Origin: a virus
Taxonomy: Duplodnaviria > Caudoviricetes
Direction: 5' to 3' (one strand)
Length of the DNA: 61,310 nucleotides
IMG/VR virus record: IMGVR_UViG_3300032360_000004
Location: 1-61,310 of that record
Part shown: positions 37,184 to 47,158 of the stretch, piece by piece
How the letters are laid out: the number at the start of each line of letters is the position of its first letter
Position numbering within the stretch: position 1 is the first letter of the stretch
Notes under the pieces: generated by a model
Told to the model about the DNA's origin: nothing
The model's input: the letters and a program-made list of their open reading frames with translations, nothing else
The model's database searches: none
Position numbers and translations under genes: made by a program

Positions 37184-39013
37184 CTAGCTAACATACACCA
37201 GCACCTTAGCAGCACGAGTGATAGCCACGTAACGCAGGTTCATTTCCTGGTCACGTTGCCATGCACTCTTAGCCATGGGGTGTGGGATACCCGCACCTTC
37301 CGGCTCCAGCAAAAACACCCGGTCGGCTTCTAACCCCTTGGCCTTATGTACACTGCTCAGCATGATGCCGGGAGTGTTTCGGTCGTTAGTAAATATCTGC
37401 TCGATCTTACTAATGACGTCCGCAATACTCTGGGCTTCCTCAGTGAAGCACAGCAGGCAATCGTGCCGGTCTTGCAAAGCAATGAGCCGGGCCGAACTGG
37501 GATTACGCTTAGCGTTTTCCTTTCGTTCTTCTGCGTGCAGCCAGTCAGTCAACCGGCCCACTAGGTTAGGTACGTCAGATGCCTTAAGCCTATTGACGGT
37601 GCTAATGAGACCTTGACCAATGTCCCGTCCCTGGATGTTAGCCTGCACCCCGTCTTTAATAAACCTAAAGCACTCACTGACCAGCGGAGCATTAACACGG
37701 CACAGTACCATGTCGCCACCTGTGGCTATGGTGCGGTAATTACCATCACCCTTATACGCAGCCCGTAGCACGGTGCCAGGACCGTTGTCGGGGTGGGCTT
37801 CAAAGTCTGGTACCAACGCACGGGCCTCTTCCACTATGGCCTTGCCACAACGGCGGGTCACTGTCAGTGGCAAACTAGTGCAGCCCCGGTTAGTCTCGCT
37901 AAGGATCTCTTCCAGGCGGGGTATGCTGTCACTGTCCGCACCGGCAAACCCGTAAATAGCCTGCTTGGGATCACCACACAGTACCAGCCTACTGCCTACC
38001 TTCAGGGCAAGCTGCTGCTGGCAGCGGTTCAGGTCCTGGGCTTCATCAACCAGCAGCAGATCGTACTGGGTGACGGGCAGGTCCAAGGCCACGGGTAGCC
38101 ATATCATGTCGTCGAAGTCTATGCACCCGTCACGGGTCACATCCTTACAACGGTCAAGCACTCGGGGCACAAGGTCAAACACTTCAGCCTCGCTACCATT
38201 AAGCTCCACGTCATAGTGGGCTGCCAGTTGTTGCAACTCATCCTGCATAGTAGTTAGCAGGTTGGTCTGAGTAGCACCCAGTCCCACGAGGTTCATCTTG
38301 CACAGGCTAACCAGCTTGGCAGTGGCCCGGACCATGGACCGTTTCTTCTCATCCCGTCGCAGGGCACGGCTATCCTGGCCCAGCAACTCAGCCACAATAT
38401 CCTGCACCCGGTACTGGTTAACCTTCACCCGGCCACAGGCTTTACCTACAGCCTTAAAGCCCATGCTGTGCATTGTCATAGCTTCACAGCCTGCGGGTAC
38501 CCGCTGCTGCAACTCTGTGGCGATGGACTTATTAAAGGCGACGAAGCAGATGGTGCGGACCTTACCTGCACTCAACTGCATAGCGTCCCACACGGCTGCC
38601 TGCTGGGGGCTGGGGGTTAGGGGGCTGGTGCCACCCTGTACCAGCTTTAACCCTTCCACCAGTGTGGTGGTCTTGCCAGTACCAGCCCGTGCAATAACAA
38701 CCAAGTGCGGTGCCGTGCACCGTATCAACGGCCTGTCCCCACGTAGGACATTGGCCAACCCAATACTGGGCTCCTGGTGTGGCGGGATACCACCAAGCCC
38801 TGTGCCGTCGTTGGCACAGGCGTCGGTGCTGTTGAGGCAGACAAACCTAGCAGCACTACGAAACGTATGTTCCAACCCGGTTACAGGCTCAGTGACAGTG
38901 TACCGGGTACGACCCCGGCTGTTCTGTGTAATAGCGTCCACACGTACGGACGTCTGCTCGCCACCCACTGTGGCCACATATAGTCTTCCCTGTTCAATCT
39001 GTGATTTCCTCAT
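37184..39013 (-). CDS. UvrD/Rep-like SF1 helicase
   Basis: ARAGTGKT, VDEAQD, GDPKQAIYGFAGA, SSVHKAKGLE, YVAITRA. Confidence 0.93.
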   Translation of the reverse strand: MRKSQIEQGRLYVATVGGEQTSVRVDAITQNSRGRTRYTVTEPVTGLEHTFRSAARFVCLNSTDACANDGTGLGGIPPHQEPSIGLANVLRGDRPLIRCTAPHLVVIARAGTGKTTTLVEGLKLVQGGTSPLTPSPQQAAVWDAMQLSAGKVRTICFVAFNKSIATELQQRVPAGCEAMTMHSMGFKAVGKACGRVKVNQYRVQDIVAELLGQDSRALRRDEKKRSMVRATAKLVSLCKMNLVGLGATQTNLLTTMQDELQQLAAHYDVELNGSEAEVFDLVPRVLDRCKDVTRDGCIDFDDMIWLPVALDLPVTQYDLLLVDEAQDLNRCQQQLALKVGSRLVLCGDPKQAIYGFAGADSDSIPRLEEILSETNRGCTSLPLTVTRRCGKAIVEEARALVPDFEAHPDNGPGTVLRAAYKGDGNYRTIATGGDMVLCRVNAPLVSECFRFIKDGVQANIQGRDIGQGLISTVNRLKASDVPNLVGRLTDWLHAEERKENAKRNPSSARLIALQDRHDCLLCFTEEAQSIADVISKIEQIFTNDRNTPGIMLSSVHKAKGLEADRVFLLEPEGAGIPHPMAKSAWQRDQEMNLRYVAITRAAKVLVYVS

Positions 39014-39243
39014 CGTGCTTGCTCCTTAGTGTTGGGCCTCTTACGGCCACGGGGATAGCCCTTGGGCTGTGGTGTGTCGCGGTATAGTTCCGCGTCATGT
39101 AGTGCAATGGTGTAGCGGTAGCCGTGCTGGTTATTACGAGTAGGTACCCGTCGTGCCCGCAACCGGCCCACACGTATAAGGGTGCGGACCTGTTGCGGAC
39201 TACAGCCTATAACCTTGGCTGCCTGAGCAGGGGTTAATACCAT
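39010..39243 (-). CDS. Excisionase-type HTH protein
   Basis: LTPAQAAKVIGCSPQQVRTLIRVGRLRA. Confidence 0.8.
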   Translation of the reverse strand: MVLTPAQAAKVIGCSPQQVRTLIRVGRLRARRVPTRNNQHGYRYTIALHDAELYRDTPQPKGYPRGRKRPNTKEQAR

Positions 39244-39250
39244 GGCGTCC

Positions 39251-40792
39251 TCACTTCTTGTAGCAGGAAAGTAGTTCAGGTAGGTGGCCCAACAACAGGC
39301 CAGCCATGTCAGTCAGCTTGTTGGCGTAGTTCTCGTCATGGTCCAGGTAGCCCATGCCATGCACCAACTCATGTACAGCGGTTATAGCCAACTGGTGCAG
39401 GTCACCCCTTGCCCGGTTGGGACTGTAGTTATAACGGCGAGTATACTTGCCGTCCGCAATGTTAACCGGGTTGAGGTAGTACACCTTGCCGTGCTTCTCA
39501 GTACATTCGTACTGAGCCAGCACGTCGTCATCGCTGAATATAAAGCCCACTGTAAACTGGTCATCCCAGCCGTACACCTCATGCAGCTTGACCAGCAGCT
39601 TGGTCCAGATGGTCATGATGCGGTAGGCATACTTGCAGAAGTCCGGGCTATCCGGCCTGTACTGCTTTTTAACCTTGTAGCCAGTTTCATTCTTAATGAC
39701 GAAGGCACTGGCCAACACGTACACACCGGCATCCACCATCTGCTGGTGTTGCTCGGGGGTTGGCTGGCTGCCGTCCAGGTTAAACTTTATCTGGCCGTAG
39801 TGCTGCTCCACCACTGGCCGGTTATCATACTGGCCAGTGTCGCCACTGGTAACTACGTCACCAAGACTAGGACCACCCTCTTCCGCAGGGCGTGCCGTCA
39901 CGGTCTTAGCTGCCGTGGTCTTGGCTGCGTGCTTGGCTGCCTGTGCAGCGAAGCCAGTGCAGGCCACCTTATCGCCCTCGTACCGCAGGTACTCTATGGG
40001 CTTAGGCTTCAGTGCCTTACGCTTGTTGGTAATCAGGTCAGTTAGAAACTCATCCAACTGGGCCTGTTGCTGCCAACGCAAGCCGTCCCGGTTGGACATC
40101 AGCACGTCGCTGCTAATACCTTCCAGTTCTACCACCACACACCCGTCGTACTTGGTGGTCTGCGTGAACATGGGCGTACCACCAATCCTCACAACCAGTA
40201 ACCGGCTGGCCTGCTTGTTGGTGTACACCCGGCCGAAGGGCAGGTCGCGACGGTAATAGCCCCGTCGCATACCGCCATCCACTTGCTCACCGTTCACAGT
40301 AAACGTGCACCGCACGTTACTAAGACTGATGAACCGCTTAGCCTGTTGTAACAGGTCAGCACCGCATTCCTCAGGTATGGTGATGGTGCTGGTAGTGCCT
40401 TCCAGGCGTGGGGCATTGCGTCGCAACTTGTAGTTAGCCCCGGTACCACTGACTTCCAGCCTACCTGTGTGAATCTTGAAGGCTTCCCAGCAGAAGTACA
40501 GCAGTTCCTTGGCTTTGCCAAAGCCACCCACGCTACCGTCGGCAAAGTCTTTACCACTGGCACCCAGTGCCAGCAGCTTGCCAACCAGAGTATCCTCGGT
40601 CATAGGGCTACCGTTGTTGGCCACTATAACCGTGGTGCAGCCACCACCGGCTTCCCTGATGGTAACGTCCACCTGTTTGCTGCCGCAGTCTATACTGTTC
40701 TGGAAAAACTCACGCAGCAACGCCCACTGCCAGTTACGGTAGTCATTACGGGCCTTGCTAAAAAACTCAGGACTAATAGTTATCTGGGACAT
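39251..40792 (-). CDS. GHKL (HSP90/MutL-like) ATPase with C-terminal HExxH domain
   Basis: LLREFFQNSID, NNGSPM, SGK, GGFGKA; C-terminal AVHELVH...H. Confidence 0.8.
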   Translation of the reverse strand: MSQITISPEFFSKARNDYRNWQWALLREFFQNSIDCGSKQVDVTIREAGGGCTTVIVANNGSPMTEDTLVGKLLALGASGKDFADGSVGGFGKAKELLYFCWEAFKIHTGRLEVSGTGANYKLRRNAPRLEGTTSTITIPEECGADLLQQAKRFISLSNVRCTFTVNGEQVDGGMRRGYYRRDLPFGRVYTNKQASRLLVVRIGGTPMFTQTTKYDGCVVVELEGISSDVLMSNRDGLRWQQQAQLDEFLTDLITNKRKALKPKPIEYLRYEGDKVACTGFAAQAAKHAAKTTAAKTVTARPAEEGGPSLGDVVTSGDTGQYDNRPVVEQHYGQIKFNLDGSQPTPEQHQQMVDAGVYVLASAFVIKNETGYKVKKQYRPDSPDFCKYAYRIMTIWTKLLVKLHEVYGWDDQFTVGFIFSDDDVLAQYECTEKHGKVYYLNPVNIADGKYTRRYNYSPNRARGDLHQLAITAVHELVHGMGYLDHDENYANKLTDMAGLLLGHLPELLSCYKK

Positions 40793-40907
40793 GGTGTGCT
40801 TGCTCCTAATTGTGGCACATAGTTATATGCCGGGCCAATCATTATAACCGCTAACCGCCACACACCACAACCACCCCCCGGTGGGGTGGTGTGGTATGTG
40901 TAAGAGG

Positions 40908-41105
40908 CTAGGCGTCGTTCATCTTAGCCATCTGCCTCAGTACCCTAGCCCGGTCGCTACGGGTGAGGTCACGCAACGGGTACAACGCAGCAAGGGCGTA
41001 GGTACGTACATCGTGTACCGTCATGCCCCGCTTCCGGGGTAACCGTATGCCTAACCGTTTACGCTGCTCCGGGGTTAGGTCTTCCACACTAATAGTTCCT
41101 GCCAT
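40908..41105 (-). CDS. Small basic early protein
   Basis: GGAGCAAGC RBS. Confidence 0.65.
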   Translation of the reverse strand: MAGTISVEDLTPEQRKRLGIRLPRKRGMTVHDVRTYALAALYPLRDLTRSDRARVLRQMAKMNDA

Positions 41106-41145
41106 ACGCTTGCTCCTAGTTGTGGGCCAGTGGCCCGGTTAGTTC

Positions 41146-41367
41146 TCATGCAACCCGTACCACTTTGGTAACTTTGAATCTTTTCATACACTCGTACCAG
41201 TCTGGGCTTTGTGGTTCCACGGCATCATCTACTAGGCCAAGCCCCATGAGCTTTGCCACATCCCCCGCATGGGCCGGACCGTTGGCTTCAACCTTAAACG
41301 TGTGGACCTGTTCCGAAAACGCCCACAGGTTGTTAGACGTTTCAACGACTCTAACTCTGAACAACAT
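41146..41367 (-). CDS. Hypothetical early protein
   Basis: CTGAAGGAAC RBS. Confidence 0.6.
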   Translation of the reverse strand: MLFRVRVVETSNNLWAFSEQVHTFKVEANGPAHAGDVAKLMGLGLVDDAVEPQSPDWYECMKRFKVTKVVRVA

Positions 41368-41369
41368 AG

Positions 41370-41591
41370 TTATGTTCCTTCAGTAATTGTTTGGACCCAG
41401 TGGATTGCGACCTCTCGGGTTCTTTCTGGTTGCACTGTGACCCATCCTAAACCCTTCACCTGCTTCACTGACCTGAGCTTAGCCCGTCCCCTTGGCCACA
41501 AGCCGTAGACCTGATACGTGCTTCCAGGCAGGTCGGAGCCGGTCAGTCTCACAATGTCACCTTCTTTAACGGTCATCTTCTCAGCCTCCAA
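41370..41591 (-). CDS. Hypothetical early protein (SH3/KOW-like; start possibly ATG 41576)
   Basis: VKEGDIVRL pattern. Confidence 0.5.
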   Translation of the reverse strand: MEAEKMTVKEGDIVRLTGSDLPGSTYQVYGLWPRGRAKLRSVKQVKGLGWVTVQPERTREVAIHWVQTITEGT

Positions 41592-41600
41592 AGGGGGGTG

Positions 41601-41828
41601 TTAGTTGCTGTAGTGGGGTGTCCGCTTGTAGCAGGGCTGGTCGCGGCTGTTCTTCAAGCACTGCACGGCCTCCTGCATGGTCAGCAAACCGTTGCCAACT
41701 GCCTTACGTAGTTCAATGGCCAGGAGCCGCACTAGCTCCCGTCTAGTCAGGTTGGCAGGTACAGGGTCAGGGGTGCCGTGGTTACTGTCACAGTAGTGCT
41801 CGGCACCTTCCCATCCGGGTTGACTCAT
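41601..41828 (-). CDS. Hypothetical early protein
   Basis: CTGAAGGAAC RBS. Confidence 0.6.
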   Translation of the reverse strand: MSQPGWEGAEHYCDSNHGTPDPVPANLTRRELVRLLAIELRKAVGNGLLTMQEAVQCLKNSRDQPCYKRTPHYSN

Positions 41829-41857
41829 AATAGTGTTCCTTCAGTTAGTGGGTGTGG

Positions 41858-42157
41858 TTAGTTAGTTGACAACTCAGCAACCAGTCCGGAAATACTCTTG
41901 TCCACATAGTCAGGGTGGTAGCCCTGTACTACGTGCTGCCCGTCAACGAACCCCCAATGGGGGCGACGGTGTGTTGCCATGATAAACAGCATGGGGAGGG
42001 GGCCACTCTCCAGCGTGCCTAACTCAGCACTGTAGCCCAACTGCCGCAGTCCTATAAACTGCTTGACTGCTTTGGCCCGTGTGGTGGGCCGGGCAGTACG
42101 TTTCTTAGTTGGTGTCCGCTTCAGTCGCCAACTAACAATCCAATTACGTTCAGCCAT
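41858..42157 (-). CDS. Hypothetical early protein
   Basis: AAGGAGTAA RBS. Confidence 0.6.
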   Translation of the reverse strand: MAERNWIVSWRLKRTPTKKRTARPTTRAKAVKQFIGLRQLGYSAELGTLESGPLPMLFIMATHRRPHWGFVDGQHVVQGYHPDYVDKSISGLVAELSTN

Positions 42158-42260
42158 GTGGTTACTCCTTACTAGTTATGGGGCACCTACCCCACGGGTC
42201 AGTTTGTATGTGGTACGGTGGTGGGTGGCGGGGTGGGCATAGGCACCACAACACCACTTA

Positions 42261-42728
42261 TTATTGTTGGCGTCGGTAATGCCCCTCTCCCAGTTCACCC
42301 CGGTCAGGTACAACGTGCCAGCGTCCGCCCTTCTTAGTCAGCGTGCCAACGTACTCTCCTGGGAAGCAATCGCCGTCAGACCACACGCCATCTGTCACGT
42401 TGCGGTACACGGGGCTGCCTTCCTCAAAGCCGTACAGCACGGCCCACACTTCAACGGGTGTAATGCCATGCACTGTTCGCGTCTGCGACCCCCACCCAGT
42501 GGGGCGGCTACCGGGGTAGTGGGCCTTGGTGTACTGGTCGCAGCCGTGGTTAATCTGCTGCTCACGTTGAGCTTCCAGGCGGTTGCTATGCGTGGTGAAG
42601 CACTTGTGAGCAAAGCTACACAGGTTGACCGTTACGGTTCCAGTGTCCCCTCTAGTGTTGGAAATCAACATAGAGTCCAGCACTAGGTTACGGGTGGCAG
42701 CCTTCAGGGTGTAAATGTAAATGCCCAT
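42261..42728 (-). CDS. Hypothetical early protein
   Basis: CTGAAGGAAA RBS. Confidence 0.65.
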   Translation of the reverse strand: MGIYIYTLKAATRNLVLDSMLISNTRGDTGTVTVNLCSFAHKCFTTHSNRLEAQREQQINHGCDQYTKAHYPGSRPTGWGSQTRTVHGITPVEVWAVLYGFEEGSPVYRNVTDGVWSDGDCFPGEYVGTLTKKGGRWHVVPDRGELGEGHYRRQQ

Positions 42729-42777
42729 GGTTTGTTTCCTTCAGTTGATGGTAGTGAATGGTGAGTAGTGAGGTGTA

Positions 42778-43152
42778 CTAGCAGTCCGAACCAATCGTGG
42801 GGCAGCAGTGAGCAGAGTTGCACCGGTACTTAGGAGTGATGGTCCCAGCGTTGTAGGGAGTCATCGGGTTGCCGCACTCACCACATGAGGGTCGGCGGGT
42901 TTTCTTGGGGGCCGGTAGTGGCAAAGCACAAATCCCATCTGAGTCAATGACATTGTAAGCGGCTTGGAGCAGGCTGACCTGTGCAGCCCTTTCCTCTTTG
43001 GTCTGGACCCACTCTTGCACTGGGTACAGGTCAGCACTGGTGAGGTAGTGGATCTTACACAGGGCGTCCAGGTCTTTGTTGTTGATGGCAGTGGCGAGGG
43101 CGTTGTTGAAGTCAGTCGCGTTTGTGATGAAATCCATGTCGAAGTCGAACAT
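42778..43152 (-). CDS. Hypothetical protein with C-terminal Zn ribbon
   Basis: GGAGCAAGC RBS before MFDFDMDF; CGECG...YRCNSAHC. Confidence 0.65.
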   Translation of the reverse strand: MFDFDMDFITNATDFNNALATAINNKDLDALCKIHYLTSADLYPVQEWVQTKEERAAQVSLLQAAYNVIDSDGICALPLPAPKKTRRPSCGECGNPMTPYNAGTITPKYRCNSAHCCPTIGSDC

Positions 43153-43227
43153 GTGCTTGCTCCCGGTTATGGTTGGTAGTGGTTGGTGTGGTCTAGTAGT
43201 AGTATCGGTCGCCGTGCTCAACAGACT

Positions 43228-43446
43228 TTAGTTAGATTTCCTTCCGAGGGTTTTGATGAAGGTTCGAACAGCGTGTACTTGGTCAGTTGTCCCATCAAGG
43301 GCTTCTCTGTTTTCCCACAGCCCTTTGACTGTCAGGGCACCAACAGCACCGTTGTACAAGATGCTGTTCGTGTTCAAGATCATTGCGGTCTGCTCACTGG
43401 TGAATGAAACTTGTCCGGTCGCCGTGTTAGTGAATCGCGTAGCCAT
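43228..43446 (-). CDS. Hypothetical protein, first gene of the early transcript
   Basis: GGGAGTAGGC RBS. Confidence 0.65.
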   Translation of the reverse strand: MATRFTNTATGQVSFTSEQTAMILNTNSILYNGAVGALTVKGLWENREALDGTTDQVHAVRTFIKTLGRKSN

Positions 43447-43859
43447 GATTGCCTACTCCCGTTTCGAGGTAACTTTTCAAGACAGAGTACCAATCCCTGC
43501 CGACGGGTTTGACAACAAGCAGGCAGGGTAACCAACCGGGTAGCGAACCCAGTAGGTTGCGGTGGCCCCCAGTGCGGTGCGGCTACTGGTAGTAGCCTGC
43601 ACCCCGCATACGCCAGCGGTGGGGTAGGGCAGTAGGGCCAACCTGCCCCGCCTGCTTGTTGCCCGGCAAGGTTGCTGGGTGCTTGGCCCCATTTGAGCCG
43701 GGGGTGTTGTACCCGACCCCACCGGGTTGCCCCGGTGCCTTGCCGCTTGAGTTGTCAAAGAGCTTGCGAGGCCCGTGCCCCACAGAGACAGTTATAGGCG
43801 GGGCCAACTATTAGCACAACCCCCAGACCCGCAAAAAAGCCTTTAGGGGCAAAAAAACA

Positions 43860-43900
43860 GGGTCCGGAATACCGCTTGTTTTACGGGGTATTCCGGACCC
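43860..43900. repeat. Perfect 14-bp inverted repeat in a non-coding region
   Basis: GGGTCCGGAATACC-13 nt-GGTATTCCGGACCC. Confidence 0.8.
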
Positions 43901-43940
43901 TTGGGGGTTCCCCCACCAAATTGGTGGGATTTCTGGGGGG

Positions 43941-45416
43941 CTACTCAGGCCGTAGGCAGTCCAGCGGTACGTCATAGGTGTTACCGGTTTCATTGTCCTC
44001 CACTTGGGCAACGGTGCCTGCCGGGCCTTGGTACGTGTCCTGCAGAATGCCCTTCCACGGTTTGGTGTTAGGGTCATCTACCAACACCCGGACTCCTGCC
44101 AACTCACCTTCCCACGTCCACGTCCCTGGGATCGGGTCTTTGGCCTTAGACGGCTTGGCCTTTTTCTTACCCCGGCCACCCGCCTTCTTGGCTTCAGCCT
44201 TTGCCCGTTCGGCTGCTGCACGGGTGGCAATCTCTTCCAGGCTGGGGTCGTTGGCTGCTGCCACTTCAGCCGGGTCGCCTAGGTCAATGCCACCCACGTC
44301 AGCCGTCTCGGCCAACGTGCGAAACCCGTCTGGGTCTGTGTGGTAGTCCAGCACTAGGTGTTTGGCAGTAACAGCCTTACCTGTGGCGTACTGGTTCCAA
44401 GCCTTGGCCAGCAGCCCGGTACGCTCAGGTACGCTACCACCACCGTCGTCCACCATGTGGGCTAGTGCTACCCGCACTGCCTTTAGTTGGTTGTCACTAC
44501 CAGCCAACCACACCAGGAAATCACAGGCATCCTCCCACTGGGCAAAGTCCAGCAGGTCTTCGCTGGGGTTACTGGCTGCCCGGTACTCAGCCGGGTCGGT
44601 ACCGCTGCTGCCCATCAGGTACAACATACCAGCCATATAACCAAGGCTCAGGTAGCGAGACAGTTGCTTGTCCCCCCCGTCCTCTTGGTACACGTGCTGC
44701 ACACAGTCCAGCAGCTTGGGGTGACGGGCAATAAAGTCCAGGGCTTCAGCATGGGTCCGCCGTGGGGCATGAGCACTAAGCCCCATACCAGTACGGCTCC
44801 ATAACAGCCGCACCGCATAGTCAGTAATGCGGGCCACCTTGCGTCGTGCCACGCTGGGCATATTGGCAAAGTGGTTGCTGCGGTAGATGACGTCGGCCAA
44901 GCTGCGAGGCTTACACGTGTCCATGGTATTAATCACGTGGTCCTCCTCACTGATGCCATACACCACCAGCTTTACCATGGTGGGTTGCTGGGTATGGCCG
45001 GGCCAGTCTTCTGGGGCTTCTTGCCATGCCTCCGCTGCCAGTATGAAACTGATAAGCGTATGCTGGCCATTCAGCACCAACCCGGTGGAGCCAATAATGA
45101 CCGGCTCCCCGTTCATCTGCCACCGTTGTCGCAGGTGTTCCTGCTTCAGCATTTGCACCACGCCACCATACAGGGGTCGGTTGGTGACATTGTTGTAGCA
45201 CCGGATCTTAGTGCCGTGGTGGTTTCGCAGCAGGTAGTCACTGCCATAGGGGGCGTCCTCAGTTTCCTCTTCCCAACCTAGCAAGTCCTTAGCTTGGTCT
45301 ACGGTCAGGGGTTTGCTGTCATCACACAGGGACAAGGTTACTTCCGGGTACAGCACCGTACGACCATTAGTATCCGTCGCGGTGGTGCTGGTTTTCTTCT
45401 TGGGTGCTTTAGGCAT
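43941..45416 (-). CDS. ParB/DndB-like (DGQHR-type) protein with Lys-rich linker
   Basis: NRPL...WQMNGEPVII...GLVLNGQHTL, DTCKPRSLAD. Confidence 0.65.
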   Translation of the reverse strand: MPKAPKKKTSTTATDTNGRTVLYPEVTLSLCDDSKPLTVDQAKDLLGWEEETEDAPYGSDYLLRNHHGTKIRCYNNVTNRPLYGGVVQMLKQEHLRQRWQMNGEPVIIGSTGLVLNGQHTLISFILAAEAWQEAPEDWPGHTQQPTMVKLVVYGISEEDHVINTMDTCKPRSLADVIYRSNHFANMPSVARRKVARITDYAVRLLWSRTGMGLSAHAPRRTHAEALDFIARHPKLLDCVQHVYQEDGGDKQLSRYLSLGYMAGMLYLMGSSGTDPAEYRAASNPSEDLLDFAQWEDACDFLVWLAGSDNQLKAVRVALAHMVDDGGGSVPERTGLLAKAWNQYATGKAVTAKHLVLDYHTDPDGFRTLAETADVGGIDLGDPAEVAAANDPSLEEIATRAAAERAKAEAKKAGGRGKKKAKPSKAKDPIPGTWTWEGELAGVRVLVDDPNTKPWKGILQDTYQGPAGTVAQVEDNETGNTYDVPLDCLRPE

Positions 45417-45678
45417 TGGTTTGGTCTTTCTTGTTGGGGTGTGTGCTTGCAATAGGGGTTCCCACCTGGACAGGTCTAGGTACGTAGATCCTTAAGGGTG
45501 GGACAGGTGCCTGTGGTTCTTCAGCCGATAACTGCTTCTCCTCTTTAACTGGTTTAGGGTTTCTTACTTCCACCTTAGCGATGCCTTCACTGGCAAGAGC
45601 GTGGACAATCCAATCTTCTTGTGGCGGTTCCAGGCTGGCTATATCTATGCCTGCTGGAACACGTACGACCTTTACCAT
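45409..45678 (-). CDS. Hypothetical protein
   Basis: GGAGCAAGC RBS before MVKVVR. Confidence 0.55.
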   Translation of the reverse strand: MVKVVRVPAGIDIASLEPPQEDWIVHALASEGIAKVEVRNPKPVKEEKQLSAEEPQAPVPPLRIYVPRPVQVGTPIASTHPNKKDQTNA

Positions 45679-45884
45679 CTGCTTGCTCCCATCCATGTGG
45701 TTACCTGCTGTTAGGGGCAGGGTAGCCCTACGGCCAATTGACCGGGGGGCTGTTATACACAGCAATTGCTGCCGGGTGCAACCCCAGTTTACCCAGCGGG
45801 TAAAAACTGCACCCCCCTGTACAGCTTGGGCCAGTAGTTTAGTATAAACAGTATGCCACGGGTGGCAGCCAGGAGCACAACACA

Positions 45885-46088
45885 ATGGACAACCCAGTAC
45901 GACATCCATGGGATAAGTGGTTTAAGAGCGAAGGCTTTACCCTCCTACGGGGTAAGCAGTACCAGTGTATGCCGCACAGCATGGCCCAACAGATACGCAA
46001 CGCAGCACACCGTAAGCAGCACCGGGTGAGCATAAAGATCGCTGGGGATAAACTAGTAGTGACCAACCTAGGACCAATCAATGACTGA
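45885..46088 (+). CDS. Small DNA-binding-like protein, first gene of the replication operon
   Basis: AGGAGCAC RBS; HPWDKWF pattern. Confidence 0.6.
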   Translation: MDNPVRHPWDKWFKSEGFTLLRGKQYQCMPHSMAQQIRNAAHRKQHRVSIKIAGDKLVVTNLGPIND

Positions 46089-46551
46089 CATCCGCCCCAC
46101 CTATATAGGTATAGATCCAGGACAGAGCGGTGGCCTGATACTGCTGGATGGCGTGATGGTAAAGGCCACGCCCATGCCTGCAACCGAGCGGGATATATGG
46201 GACTGGTTTGACCACCAAGACATTGGCACTGCACCACAGGCAATTATCGAGAAGGTACACAGTATGCCCCGGCAGGGCGTGGTGAGTAGCTTTAAGTTTG
46301 GACTGGGGTACGGTGGTCTCCGCATGGCACTAATAGCCGCCTGCATTCCATTTGATGAAGTCACCCCCCAAGTGTGGCAACGGGCACTAGGTATCCCCAG
46401 CCGCCTGAAGACTGAAACCCCCACCAAGTGGAAGAACCGGCTAAAGGCCAAGGCACAGCAACTATACCCACGCCTGGAGGTAACCCTTAAGACAGCGGAC
46501 GCACTACTTATAGCCACCTACTGCCAGCGTAAGCACACAGGCACCCTGTAG
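46081..46551 (+). CDS. RuvC-like Holliday junction resolvase
   Basis: IGIDPGQSGG, IIEKVH, SSFKFG, TPQVWQ, ADALLIA. Confidence 0.88.
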   Translation: MTDIRPTYIGIDPGQSGGLILLDGVMVKATPMPATERDIWDWFDHQDIGTAPQAIIEKVHSMPRQGVVSSFKFGLGYGGLRMALIAACIPFDEVTPQVWQRALGIPSRLKTETPTKWKNRLKAKAQQLYPRLEVTLKTADALLIATYCQRKHTGTL

Positions 46552-46584
46552 GTGGTAAGCTATTACTAAGGAGCAAGCACACCA

Positions 46585-47142
46585 ATGGCCACACGTTACC
46601 AAGCACACCGTAAGAAATGGATAGACTGTACGGCTTGCCCTTTGCACCAAGGACGAACACAGGTGGTGCTAGCCCGTGGCCACCTACCTGCCGACATACT
46701 GTTTGTGGGTGAGGCTCCTGGTGCTAGTGAAGATGTACTAGGGCGTCCGTTTGTTGGGCCTGCTGGGCACCTGTTAGACAGCATAGTGGACCAAGCCTTG
46801 GACGCAGTACCCGGTATAGGTGTAGCTTTCACCAACCTAGTAGCCTGCATTCCTAAGACTGGGGCAACAACTGCTAAGATTGGCGAACCGCCTGCACAGG
46901 CTATACAGGCGTGCAATCCTAGGCTGCTGGAACTCATTGACCTATGCCACCCCCAGTTAATAGTGGGCGTGGGGGTACTGGCTACCAAGCACCTGGAAGC
47001 ACTAGACTCCTCTATGGTCATGGTTATTAGTATTGTCCACCCGGCTGCCATATTGCGTATGGACATCAGTCAACGGGGGCTAGCAATACAACGGGCCACC
47101 ATAGCTTTGGAAGACGCAGCCACAGAACTAGTCCCATTTTAA
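46585..47142 (+). CDS. Uracil-DNA glycosylase family 4 (Fe-S)
   Basis: CTACPL, FVGEAPG.SED..GRPFVGPAG, TNLVACIP, HPAA. Confidence 0.92.
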   Translation: MATRYQAHRKKWIDCTACPLHQGRTQVVLARGHLPADILFVGEAPGASEDVLGRPFVGPAGHLLDSIVDQALDAVPGIGVAFTNLVACIPKTGATTAKIGEPPAQAIQACNPRLLELIDLCHPQLIVGVGVLATKHLEALDSSMVMVISIVHPAAILRMDISQRGLAIQRATIALEDAATELVPF

Positions 47143-47158
47143 GGAGCAAGCAACAGCC

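Noticed and set aside
36787-39243. XRE and excisionase-type HTH genes as a lysogeny module
   Set aside because: I recognised no integrase, att site or divergent repressor switch.
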